Source: a virus. Taken from it: 64,000 bases of DNA. Positions 45,651 through 58,000 of the stretch are shown here, in pieces. Made by a program: the position numbers and the translations under genes. The notes beneath the pieces were generated by a model. That model saw only the letters and a program-made list of their open reading frames with translations, was not told the origin of the DNA and searched no databases. The stretch spans positions 64,001-128,000 of IMG/VR virus record IMGVR_UViG_3300003375_000013; one strand, written 5' to 3'. Each line of letters starts with the position of its first letter. The stretch's first letter is position 1.

Positions 45651-45952
45651 CGTTTTTTGTTTAATTCTTGATATTCAGTATGCCAGTTTTTCATACATGC
45701 TTCCCATCTATTATTCATAATATGTAGTAGATCTGATGCTTTGACTTCAATAGGATTTCCATACATATCCAACACAACAACTAGTTTATCACCACATAGG
45801 GCAAAAAATGTAATCATTTCAGGAGTTGTTTCAAACATACCTCCATTCCAACCAAATACTAATTGTGCTTGGTATTTTTCTTTGAGAGTGCGTTTTGCGG
45901 CGGCGTGGTCAAACCTAGCCCGCGAGTGTGCGATTAATTTATCAGTATCCAT
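45647..45952 (-). CDS. Hypothetical protein, possibly tail fibre assembly
   Basis: Position after fibre-like gene; LDMYGNPIEV motif. Confidence 0.45.
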   Translation of the reverse strand: MDTDKLIAHSRARFDHAAAKRTLKEKYQAQLVFGWNGGMFETTPEMITFFALCGDKLVVVLDMYGNPIEVKASDLLHIMNNRWEACMKNWHTEYQELNKKR

Positions 45953-45977
45953 ATGATTATTATACTACAGAAAGGAA

Positions 45978-46009
45978 TAAAAGTAAAGAGGCTAACGCCT
46001 CTTTACTTT
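45978..46009 (-). terminator. Intrinsic terminator
   Basis: AAAGTAAAGAGGC-TAAC-GCCTCTTTACTTT 13-bp hairpin. Confidence 0.8.
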
Positions 46010-46016
46010 AGTGATA

Positions 46017-46997
46017 TTACGTGTTAGCTGATGAAACTGCTACTGTTGGTGTACCCCAAACATTTGATAGATAAGTAGTTTCAGGCGGAATATATGTAAC
46101 AATCGTTGCAGGTGCTGTGCCAAATGTAATTCCCGTGGTAGCTGTGCCGCCAGTTAATGTCGTTACTGCGCCTGGTAATGGATCACCCGCATCAAACCAT
46201 TTTGTGGTAAGAGTAAGAACAGCACCAGTAATTGTAGCATTTGTCTGTACATAGTTACTTGAATAAGCTGCACCTGCGTCAAATTGTTTATAAATTGTAG
46301 TTGGGCTTGATGTTAATTGAGCAAATCCTGTACTAGTTGCTAATACAGTAGGAGTACCAGATCCGCCAATCTTTGTTGTCCCAGTATACGTAGTACCATT
46401 GAGAGTTTTACTTGCTCCGGTACTTGTTACATAGATAGTACCGACTACGTTGGCAATAAAAGCATTCCATTCTGTATCGGCTGGAGTGCCAGTGCTTGTT
46501 TTGCTATATTGAATCTTAACTAATCCACCAGCATTAAAGAAATTACTAGCAGCAGTTGTATTGGCAAAAGTTACGTTAGATGTCCAAGTTGCTGTCCATG
46601 CACCGTGTGTATTAGCAGCAGTATTGCCGATACCAGCTGTGAAACTTGCTGTTCCAGTCCATGCTGTATACTGTGTGCCTTGCGTAGCTGCATTATAACG
46701 ATTATTATAACAGCTAGTGATATCAGCGTTAACGTTGGCCAATACAGCAATTACATTGCCCGCTACAGGATTTGTTCTTGATGTAATACTAGTACCCTGA
46801 TGACTTGCCATTGAACTAATATTTGCGTTTAATGTTGACCATTGTGTAGCTGTTACTGTTCCGCCGGCAGCAACAGTTGATAATGCTGTCTGCCCATATG
46901 TAGTATTCATAGTAGCGTTAATATTAGCGCCGACTGTAGTAGACACAAAACCATTATAGTCTGTTGCCTGTATTAACCCGCCTGTTGAATAAGTCAT
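46017..46997 (-). CDS. Virion structural protein (tail fibre-like, T/G/A-rich)
   Basis: MTYSTGGLIQATDYN N-terminus; low-complexity beta-rich composition. Confidence 0.7.
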   Translation of the reverse strand: MTYSTGGLIQATDYNGFVSTTVGANINATMNTTYGQTALSTVAAGGTVTATQWSTLNANISSMASHQGTSITSRTNPVAGNVIAVLANVNADITSCYNNRYNAATQGTQYTAWTGTASFTAGIGNTAANTHGAWTATWTSNVTFANTTAASNFFNAGGLVKIQYSKTSTGTPADTEWNAFIANVVGTIYVTSTGASKTLNGTTYTGTTKIGGSGTPTVLATSTGFAQLTSSPTTIYKQFDAGAAYSSNYVQTNATITGAVLTLTTKWFDAGDPLPGAVTTLTGGTATTGITFGTAPATIVTYIPPETTYLSNVWGTPTVAVSSANT

Positions 46998-47018
46998 TCC
47001 TGTTTTTCCTGTTATAGT

Positions 47019-48224
47019 TTATTTAATAGTGACAATAGCTTCAACGGTACCTAAACCTGAGTCTAATTTGTCATTGAGTGAACGCCCTATTACATTGAAT
47101 GCTGTCGCTTCACCAGATGCGGCGGCTCTTGCCACACCGTTGCCTGCTGATACTAAACGATCTCCTCTTTGTACGACACCTGTGACCTGAACCGGAACAC
47201 GACCTGTCATAGCAACTGGAGGGTGAGTTAAATCATTACCTGCACCACCATTCATTAAATAGGCTGCTCTTGTACTTATGACTCCGAACACAGATTCGCT
47301 TAGTTCAGTGTTAGATATTGTAATTTCTGCTGATCCACCTAATTCAACAACAGTACCAGGAGCATACTCTTGGTCTGCGGCAAATCTTTCTGCCACATCG
47401 GCATATTGTGCTGACGTAGCTGTAGCAAAGATTGTGTTAAATGGAACTGCGCTAGACCCAATATTCCCAACAGCCGAACCGGCTGCGTTAATAAGTGCAA
47501 CAGCAGCGCCTGACGAGTTAATAGTAATACTTCCACTAGTAGATGTATTTTGATCTGATCTCATGAATGAGCTAGCAGTAACATTGCCTAATGCTTGTGA
47601 GTTTGTAGCAGTACCTTGGAATAACGGAGATTGCCCATTAAGTAGTGTAGTAGCAAGAGTAATACCAGGACGAATTGTCGTAAATCCAGTAACTGAAGTT
47701 TGTGGAGTAAATGCTGGGTCTTCTGAAATGAAGCCAACAATTACATTATTCACATAAAGCTCAACCACAATATGTGAAGTGGCTGTATTGTCAAGAATCA
47801 CAGCTGGAACAGCACCAGTAATACCAGTAGATGCGCTATAAATTGGACCAACTAATAACCATGCTGAACCAGTCCATACCTTCAATTGAGCATTCGTAGT
47901 ATCATACCACAAATCACCTATTGAATTACCAGATGGAGCTGATGAAGCAGCGTTTGCGCTAGCAAGAGTTTTAAAAACTGAACCGTTATATACTTGCAAC
48001 ACTCCTGTTGTAGTATTATACCAAAGTTGACCGGTTAATGGAGCTGTCGGAGCTGTGCCGTTAGCAGCATTCTCTAACAAATGAACAAAGTTATCATCTA
48101 AAAACTGTCCGTAACCAGCATAATTTTTGCCTATTAGCACCTGTGAGCAAGCACTATTATTAATAGTGCCGTCTGGAACATTAACTAATAAATTACCGTT
48201 TGTTAAATTGATTGTATAACTCAT
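47019..48224 (-). CDS. Virion baseplate/tail fibre protein
   Basis: GKNYAGYGQFLDDNFVHLLEN, GQLWYN/GDLWYD repeats; C-terminal YADVAERF...GTVVELGG domain; TATAAATA upstream. Confidence 0.75.
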   Translation of the reverse strand: MSYTINLTNGNLLVNVPDGTINNSACSQVLIGKNYAGYGQFLDDNFVHLLENAANGTAPTAPLTGQLWYNTTTGVLQVYNGSVFKTLASANAASSAPSGNSIGDLWYDTTNAQLKVWTGSAWLLVGPIYSASTGITGAVPAVILDNTATSHIVVELYVNNVIVGFISEDPAFTPQTSVTGFTTIRPGITLATTLLNGQSPLFQGTATNSQALGNVTASSFMRSDQNTSTSGSITINSSGAAVALINAAGSAVGNIGSSAVPFNTIFATATSAQYADVAERFAADQEYAPGTVVELGGSAEITISNTELSESVFGVISTRAAYLMNGGAGNDLTHPPVAMTGRVPVQVTGVVQRGDRLVSAGNGVARAAASGEATAFNVIGRSLNDKLDSGLGTVEAIVTIK

Positions 48225-48273
48225 AATATTACTCCATCCTTGTATAGTATTTATAACCGTTTAATATATATAT

Positions 48274-48879
48274 TTATGCGGCGCTTAAGTTTGTTAAAGT
48301 CTGAATTCGTAATGTATAATCTATTTGGATTTGACGATTCAAACTCTTTTGTACTGGGTGAAAAATAACATGAGTAATTAGAAATAAATCAGTTGCAGAG
48401 CCATTCCAGCACTGTAATCCTAATTCATCAAATACATATTCCCCATTAAAATTTGTGCTATTATCAAATGCCTGTTGTCCAGCCGGTTGCCCATAGTCCA
48501 ACAAGCATGACACAAGTATATCCGTGTAAGGATTACCCGAAGTATGTAAAACTGTCATATTATTATTAACAGGGTCTAAATTAGAAGCTGAATTTTGATC
48601 TACCACTTGAGCATATGTCTCGTTGTACAAACTAGCATTTTGTCCTACCACATTAGGAGGAAGATATGTAATGACACCAGTCGGATCTACCGCTGAGCCG
48701 CCATTGCCAAAAGCCATTGTATAAATCCAACCGGTACTTTGATCAGCCAATGCATTTGCCATGGCAATTGAAATATTTTCATAATTAATGGCGTTTTTCT
48801 TATCAATTAAAACTTCGCCGGTAACAGCATCAGTAATTTTAATAAATCCTTCAATTTTTGCTAAACCTGGCTGTATCAT
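48274..48879 (-). CDS. Virion structural protein (baseplate/tail region)
   Basis: KKNAINYEN, FDELGL, THVIFHPVQKSLNR. Confidence 0.7.
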   Translation of the reverse strand: MIQPGLAKIEGFIKITDAVTGEVLIDKKNAINYENISIAMANALADQSTGWIYTMAFGNGGSAVDPTGVITYLPPNVVGQNASLYNETYAQVVDQNSASNLDPVNNNMTVLHTSGNPYTDILVSCLLDYGQPAGQQAFDNSTNFNGEYVFDELGLQCWNGSATDLFLITHVIFHPVQKSLNRQIQIDYTLRIQTLTNLSAA

Positions 48880-49013
48880 GACTTTTGCTCCACAAATACT
48901 TTTCGTGTTTTTGGATCAAATATCTTCACAAAAGCGTCAACTGATACAGATCCCGTGTCAGTAGGCTGTTTGCTGGGATTAGTTTGTTGCTGATTAGATG
49001 TTGTATTTTCCAT
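48876..49013 (-). CDS. 45-aa protein (not in ORF track)
   Basis: MENTTSNQQQ...FVKIFDPKTRKVFVEQKS; TAAATA 7 nt upstream; ATGA overlap. Confidence 0.65.
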   Translation of the reverse strand: MENTTSNQQQTNPSKQPTDTGSVSVDAFVKIFDPKTRKVFVEQKS

Positions 49014-49065
49014 TGTTCTTTATTTATTAAATTTATAACTGAGTAAAAACTTACAGTTATTTATC

Positions 49066-52000
49066 TTAATTTAACCCCCGTAAAAACAGAGCAGGAATAG
49101 TATTTGTCTCCTGTAATGGGACACCATTTGACGCTGTTGGAGGATTAATGCCAGGAGCATACCAGGTTGATCCAAATTTTACAAATATTGTTATTTCAGA
49201 TCCGTCTGCTGGAGGAATATCAAATAATATTACCACTGGATCTATATTTGTTACCGCATATCCACTAGTTTGTAATTTTCCGCCAACATAAACTTGAATT
49301 GCTTCTATGTTTCCAGCAAATCCATAATCAAATGATAAAGATTCTCCAGTAACATTACCCTCATCAAATGTAGTACTATCAAATGGCTCTGTATTTTTCC
49401 AGAAATTAGCGTAGTTAACATTAATATTAGTAGTGTATGCACTTGTCGAACCATTGCCTAAGAAAGAGTTACTTTCAATATAATTTTGGAACTCAGGCGA
49501 CAACAAATTGCCACGGCCCATATCATAAACATAAGCACCTATGTTATGTTGCGCTGCTGCTGTACCAGCAGTACCACGAAGTAAACTACTAATAGTGTTG
49601 TTCACTAAATCAATTTCACGATACATAATACGTTCGCCATTAATGGTAACCACACCCCACATATTAGCAGTAAAATTAGGAATGCTTAATGCACTAGCAT
49701 TAGATACATATATGATATCATCAGTCTGGGCGACTTGTTGAGTCACAGTAGTTGTAGAATTCGGGGTAATACGATAGGTTGCTTGTACTCCTCTCATATC
49801 TTGGAATATTCTAAATGCCATCGCTTCTGGAACTACTGAATTAGTCATATTAGTTATCATCAACGTATCAGTAACACCTATTGTTCCGGAATTTAATATT
49901 AATAAATTGCCCTCAATCGTGTAATCTAAGTATGCAGTTAGCGTTCTTCCATTCAATGAAACCCATGGACGAGATATATCAGTATATGCTTGATATAATA
50001 CAAAATTATTAGTTTGTATAACTGTGCCAACAGTGCCATCAAATGTATTACCAAATCCAGTAGTATCATATCCTTCATATATAGCCGAACCTTCTTCTAC
50101 TGGTCCAACAAATATTTGCGTTGATAATCGTTGTTCACGAGTATCATTAAATGTAGTTACCGAAATTACTTGACCCACAAATGGATTTATGCCTGTATTT
50201 TCGATAAAAGTTAATGTCATCGCTATAGGATCAATTATATATTGTGCAGTAGAATCAACCGCAATGTAAATTTGTGCTCCGTCAGCTGGGGCAGTATCTA
50301 ACAACACATATAATACACCTGCATCAAGATCAAATGGACCTGCCGAGAAATAATCAACAGAACTATCAGAACTAAATCCGTCGGATATTTCTAAATCGTA
50401 TGTTGTTGGATTTTGTAATACACCATCAATATATACACTTACATTAGCTTTTTCGATAGTAATAGGGCTAGCCGAAATGCGTTGTGGTAATACATAGGTA
50501 ACAGTATTTCCATCACCCACATAAGGAATCCCAGCTGACCCGCGTGCCGTAATTCCGCCTACTGTAACAATTGCTGTGACAGGATTGGTATATTCCAAAC
50601 TAATTGCTGGATCTAAGTCAAACACCAATTGACCAGAAGTAGCAACAGTAAAACTTTGTGCCACTGGCAAACTCCAACTATATTCAGTAGTCACAGAATC
50701 AATTGTGGTAGGTCCAATTGCGGCTAGACTAATAAAATCAGTTGAAGTGTAAGTATTGTTGAATGTAATGGTAGTAGTGCCATATGCTGTTCCAGCAATA
50801 TATGAATAATTAGCATTAGACAAATAATTGCCATTGACAAAAATAGCAAAACCGTTATTATCAGGAGATAATAAAGTATAATCAACGGGAACTATCAATA
50901 TATCACCAAATTCATCACCTAGATATGTGTCTTTGAATAACTGATTGCCACCGCCCAATTCATAAACGTAAATGCCAAGTTGATCCCCATTAATTACTCT
51001 AGTAAAACTTGATAAGATAGTAAATGTTAAAGATGGCCAATCAACAGTATAGTCTATCCCTTCAACTAAATTATATCGTTGAGTAGCATTTGTTATTTCT
51101 AAATCAAATGGATAAGTTACTAAATTAGCAAAACTTATAGTTGGATTTGTGATGTCATATATGACCTGTACTAATCCTTGGTTAAATCCATGACCTTTTC
51201 CAGACCAATCAGCACCGGGAGTTGTATAAACACGCATGTCTAATGTATCAAATTCTATTCCTGGCACTAATTCTTCGGGAGCATGACTTTCAAACACATC
51301 AACATACTTGCCACCATCAATATTAATGTCAGATGGACGGATTCCTAGATATGGATCTAAGTAGCTACTTTCAAAAATAGTATCAAGTATATTTAAATCA
51401 TACGTTGGTTGACCACTAGCATCTAATGAGAAGTTATCAAAAGGATTAATATCAAAGTTACCGCGATCAAATCCAGTATCTTGACTAAAATTCAATCCAA
51501 CTACTTGAACACCCGGATAATCAATACCATCTACCAATAATGGTAATGATAATCCTGGGGTATTAACTGTGCTGACATAATAACCCATTGTACGGTTAAC
51601 GCCGCTCAATACACTAGCATCAATGCGAGTCCATTGAGCAGGATCAAATACTGAATTAGTAACGGTTTCGTTAGCACTCCATACTATAGCATCAAAACGA
51701 ACTTGTGTGCCTATTTCATACGTTGTATTGGCTACCCACTCAACAATATTTGATGAATATTCATATCTATCATACTTTAATGTAGTATTAAATGTACGAG
51801 CCAATGAATGACCAGATGGATTGCCCATTATCACAGCGGCCTGAGCAATTTGTCCCACAAATGCTAGGGTTACAGTGCCATTAACTTGATTTTCTTGCCC
51901 AACCGGAGCAACACCATCCAATGTTCCAGCTACAGTTACTTCAAATATGTTGTTTGAAGGAGTGATTATGTAACTACTTGAAACTACAGATAAATTAGCA

Positions 52001-55000
52001 GCCCACGGTATAGTAACACCAGGCAATCCACCGCCAGTAATGTTTACAGTGGCATCAGTGATATAACCTTTTCCTGGATTTGTTATATTAATTGAAATGA
52101 TGCCACCGTATGTATTAATGATACAGCTGCCAGTAGCTGGATATCCAGCATACGTAAGAGTAGCACTACCATCTAATGATGAGCCAAAAGTAAATGTTGG
52201 CGCAACAGATCCAGTAATGCCAGGAACAGTGATAGTATACAGATTATTATCATAATAAACTTGTTGGCCAAGGAAATAAGATGTATTAGCTTGCCAAATT
52301 GTACCAAAAGTTATTACTGGAACTGAAGTATATCCCGTTCCTTGATTAATAACAGTTATTCCTTGTACATTTAACTGATAATTGTTAAACCATTGACTAT
52401 ACGAACTTGGGGTTAACCATAACTGAGCATTGGGTGCGGTATTGCTTGCCAATGAATTGTGAGTAGTTATTGCCTGATTATATGGTGTTAATATTGGACT
52501 TACAAATTGCGGTGATGGCAATGTTGAATTCCAGTATGCTGGTAAATCAAAATCAGTAATATCACCTTGGAAATTATCATCTCCTGCATAAATCAAGTTA
52601 AATTGTCTTACTTGTACATGGTAAGGCTTAACTTCTTGGAAATAATCTAATACAAAATCTTGATTATCAGCAAGATAACTTTGATATGGTAATAATGAAC
52701 GAATTTTATGATTTACATCAACATAACTAGTTTTGATTAGCCATGATGGATTAGTAAATTCACTATATACATAGTTGAACATTAGTATTAAACTACTGTT
52801 ACGCTCAAGTAGTAATTCTTCAATATAAATTTCTTCGTTCAACGCACGAATTATGAAACGTGTTTCAATTTGAGGTGCTTGATCATAGTGTTGTGAATCA
52901 AATGTCTGAGCACCAAAGCCAAAATCACCAACAGTGTAATTCCATAATTCTTCTTTGAACGCTATTGTTCCATCTTCAAGTCCAACTCGTTGCCATCCTG
53001 TAGTAGGACTAACTCCAGTACGTAAGTAAATTTCCCATTTACCTACTCCATTAGCAATAACACGAACAGAAGATCCAACTGGCGCTGTTTTATATGATAA
53101 TGTTGACAATTGGCCATAATTTTGCACTGCTGCCACCGGTGCAACACTTGGATTATATCCAGGTAGATACCAATTAACATAATACCAGTATAACGAAGTA
53201 TCATAACTCTGAACTTGAGTTAATATTAATGTTTGATTAGCACCAACAGTATAAACAGTCCATGTGCCTTGCTGACTACTATCGTTAAGCACTAGATATT
53301 TGTACCCAATAGGTATTCCAGCAAGATTTTGGTAACCAAGTACTTCTAAATTAGGTACTTCAAAATTCCATGCTCCTGAATTTGCCGGAGGAATTGGCTG
53401 TGATGCGTTTAATAGATTAAAACTGCACATTTCAGTGATAGGATATTGCGCTAGCACATTATTAGCACGAGTTAAATAATTTTCTAACGCAGTAAATCTA
53501 TCCGCAAACATTGATTGACGAGGGCGGAATTGAACTCCATATCTCATTCCAGGACTTAATCTTGGATCTGGAACTATATTACCAACTGTATCAATTCCGC
53601 ATAAACTGTCTAAGAATTTACGATATAAATTTCCATTAAGGAATGAATCAGCAATTCCATCTGTGACAATTTGAAATTCTTGATGTACTACATCGTCATT
53701 TAATTTTTGATCATATCCAACATTTAAAATAGTATTGGTTGCGTTTAATAAATTTTGAGCGTTATATATAGCAATAGTTGACGCATTAAGTCCAGCAATA
53801 TAAGGTAATCCGCTACTTCGTGGATCAATAATATAGTTTGATATTGCCACTGTGCTTAATGTTTTGCCTGATCCAGATGCCACAGTTGGAATATCTCTAA
53901 CCCAAAAATAATATAGCGTAACAAAAACATTGTTTGCTCCTAATACTGATCCTATAGTATAACTGGTAGGACTTAATGGAGTACCTGGCCCAGCATAGTT
54001 AGCTGGTGGTGTTGTGCTTTCAACCCATTGATATATGTCTGCTCTACTACCTGGAAACGTAGTTCCCCAACGACGACTAGCATACACTATATCATCTTGA
54101 TTGGGATCTATAAATCTTATAGTGTCCGTATCCCACCAAATTTGTCCTATGTGTTCAGCACCCCATGGTTGTCCATTATTGTGTACAGTTCCTTGGTTAT
54201 ATTGTCCCGGATCAACCGCACCAATATAATCAATATTTCTTTTGGCTATACCAAGAATTTTACCTTGTAAAGGATCAAAGAAATCAAAATAAGTTTGATA
54301 ACCGCCGTTTACTGTATCATTAATACCAATCGCTTGATTACTACTATAACTAAACACATTATTAATAGCGTAAACATCTACTACTGGCTGCTGAGTGCGA
54401 ATTGGCACCCATGCAGGAGAGTTATTAGTGTTATTATACACAACAACATAGCCTAAATTAGTTGTGTTAGAAGGAACTCCGCCAGTTGCACCTACCATTA
54501 ATTTATGATTAGTGTAATTAACCGATGATGCAAAAAAATCTCCAGATTGTGTACCATCATTGTAAATTTGTTGTCCAAACGCAAATTTACCTGGATTATT
54601 AATATTACTTGTGCTACTCAAGAAATAATCATATGTATAAGCAACTCCTCCGTTATTAATTGGATTAAAGAAGGTAGTGCTATTATCGTCAAAGTACGTT
54701 CTTTCACCATCAAAGATTGTTGGCTCATATACATTACCGTTAGGAGCACCAATAATCAAATTAACCGCACTAGAATCAATACTTAAACTTGATCCAAATT
54801 GAGCATTAAATGTAGGCGCTGGACTTAATATCTGCTGTGTAAATACTAACGTTTCAAAGCCTAACGTATCAAATGCTGAAAACGTTACACCAGGAGATAC
54901 TGTAAGTAAATTATTCTTAATGCCTGCTGTTGAATTTTGAACTGATACTGTTAATCTTCCCGACACTACTGTAATCTTTGTGCCAGAAATAGGAGGATTT

Positions 55001-58000
55001 AAGAAATTAATAGTCTCTGTAGATGGATCATATGAATAATTTGTTCCTACGATTTGTAATACGTTATTTAAATACACAACAGTATTATAAGAACTAGTAT
55101 TAGTATATAAAGACCCAATATTGTAAGTTTGTGTAACTCCATCACCAGTAAAATATAAATCACTAGTAGGAAATGACACTACGTTTGGTATTGCTGCTTT
55201 ATTAATTACTTCCGCAAATCCAGCTATAGTATTGTTTGGTGCCAGAGGAACTGTTACAATACTATTATTAATTCTTATTGAGCTGTATGGCTCCAACAAT
55301 GGGTTAGCTATAGTTGTTGTTATAACTCCGTATAAACGAGATTGATTAGCCTGACGGTCAACGGATCCTGCTTCATCAATATAAGTGCTATCAAACGGTG
55401 CTCCTATATACACACTACAACTTAGAGGACAAGTGTCAATTGCTGCCCCAAAATTTGCAGATAGATTTTCTGTACTACTAACTAATTCTTGAATTTGAAC
55501 AAATTGATTTGTACCAAATTCAATTATATCGCCATAGTTAAATGTTATATTAGTAAATGTAACAGTATTATCAGTTACACTATATTGTCCATTTGTTGAT
55601 TGATCAGTTGATAATAAAAATACTTCATTTACATTCACTGATATAGGAGAATTAATAGTTCCAGCAACATCATATGTCATTTGAGAAGGATTAGAAACTA
55701 TGAAACGAATCACACTTCTGTCAAACACATATACAACACCTGCGTTATCGATGCCATTACTAGTAGCATTAGGAGCACCTATGAATATTTGTGATCCATC
55801 TGTAGTAGTTGACACACTTGCTCCAAAATTATCACCTTCTAATGAATTAGGTGATGTAATATTAGTTACATATTGCCAATACGTCGGAGTTGTTACCGTA
55901 ATAACAGCATTTTGTGGAGGAACTGTTGAAAATGTCAATTCAGTTGTTGTTGGATCAAATGTATAGTCAAAGTATGGTCGTTGAACCTCTTGATTCACAA
56001 CAACAGTAAATGTTTCAATAGATGAAGCGTTGTATAATGTGGTATTAAGAGCAAATACACTTGTTGTGTATACTCCTGTGCCAGAAACTGTAAATCCAAA
56101 CAATTCTCCGTTGGTTAATACACTGGCAACAGTTATCTCTAAGTCATTAGTAGGAGTTGTGCCTCCTAATTGTGTTCCTCTGACCAATAACGTATCTCCT
56201 ACGCTATAATTTTGTCCACCTGCAGTAATACTTCCTGTATATGTGCCACGAGAGTTATAAATTGTAAATACAGCGCCATAACCAGTGCCAGAAGTTGAAT
56301 TTTGTTGAATTCCAGTATACTTCTGCACATCAAGCACACTTGAAGTATTCCGTGTTATCAATAGAGTTTGGTTATTGCCGGGAGTATTTGTTAATATTAC
56401 ATTATTTTGATTTAATGTATAATCCGTGCCAGATGTTAGTACATCATTATCTAATGTAACGACTAATTGATCAGGATACAAGTAATTAACTTGTATCGTA
56501 TCTGAGTAATTATATGCTAATACGTCAAATCTAGTAGAATATGAAACTGATTGATCCTCTACTGTTATTTTTTCATATGCATAGACAACATTATTGCCAG
56601 GAGCACCGACATACATCCATTGTTCATCTTTGCTAATTGCTCCCGATGTTCCAAAATTTATTGGATCAAAATTTTGATCTGGCGGAACTAATAATTGAGT
56701 GATACTGAAAGAATTTACATTAGGATTTCTGTAAATTACAGCAGCATATCCCATGTTAGATAAACTAGTATTAGCTCCTGCTATTGCCCAATCAGAATTT
56801 CCAAATGATACTATATTACCAAAATTACTAGTGTCAATTGCACCTAATGCCAACGAATCATTATATTGATAGTATGATACTACGCCTCTAAAATAAGTTA
56901 AAATTCTGCTAGTGCCAGGTGCTCCAACTAATGCGGCCACCCCAGACTCTGCCTGTGCTACACTTGCGCCATATCTAGCAGTAGCAGTTAACCCAGGAGT
57001 AATTACTAACTCTGTATCAAATACATTTTGTTTTTCTACCGTTTCCCAGTGTCCATTTCCATCATTATCAACCCATGCTTTTGCCCCTGGTATTAAATTG
57101 TTTACATAAAGCAATGTTGCAATATCACTTGCTTGTGATACTCTGGCATCTTGAAGATGAAACGCTAATCCACTTCCTGTTATTGTGGATACATTATAAT
57201 TGTTGAATGTAAATGCAACAATTATAGTTGTTGGGGTAGGAACTGCTAAAACACGATATACTCCGTTAACTTCATCGTTAAAATATTTAACAATTATTAA
57301 ATCAGCAACAGATAGTCCATGATATGCGTTAAATTGAACTATACTAGTACCATTGAGATTATTAGATACTTGAGTAATATTTCCAGGAACTCCTGCTACT
57401 CGGTATACTCCCCAATCATGTGTATTTACCTTAGCAATCCATATATAAGTGCCAATTCCGATACTATCAATATTCTGATTAATAGTAGTTGGATCTTTAA
57501 GGCTAAAAACAGTAATATCAACATCTTCTAAACATACAAAGCCAGCTGATGGCAACGCAGATGGCAAACTGCCATTCTCATATACGGTAGGAAGAATGTT
57601 TGTGCTAGTAATATTAAAACTTTCTTTCCATAAATTATCTAGATACAAAGTTTGATTAGCCTGACTAGTTTCCTCTGGATTAATAATCTGAATAGTTGAA
57701 GGATTATATGACAACTTTGCTTCGTTTAATTGAATTTCGAAAAAACTTTTATTTGCCTGCGCTCCATATGTACCAGATAGTACTCCCCAATTTTCATATA
57801 TATTATAATCGCCACTTTCTTTCTTGTTAAGATTAGCTAAGTTAAATATTTCAGCAGCATGAACAGTGCCTTTTGTACCAATAAATTGTTGGTATAACTG
57901 AACTTGAGTAACTCCGTTCAAGTTCATATCTGTCATATATTGCCTAGGTCTAAATCCAATTAATCCAAACGCAAATAAATCATTATCACTTGTTAAGTTA

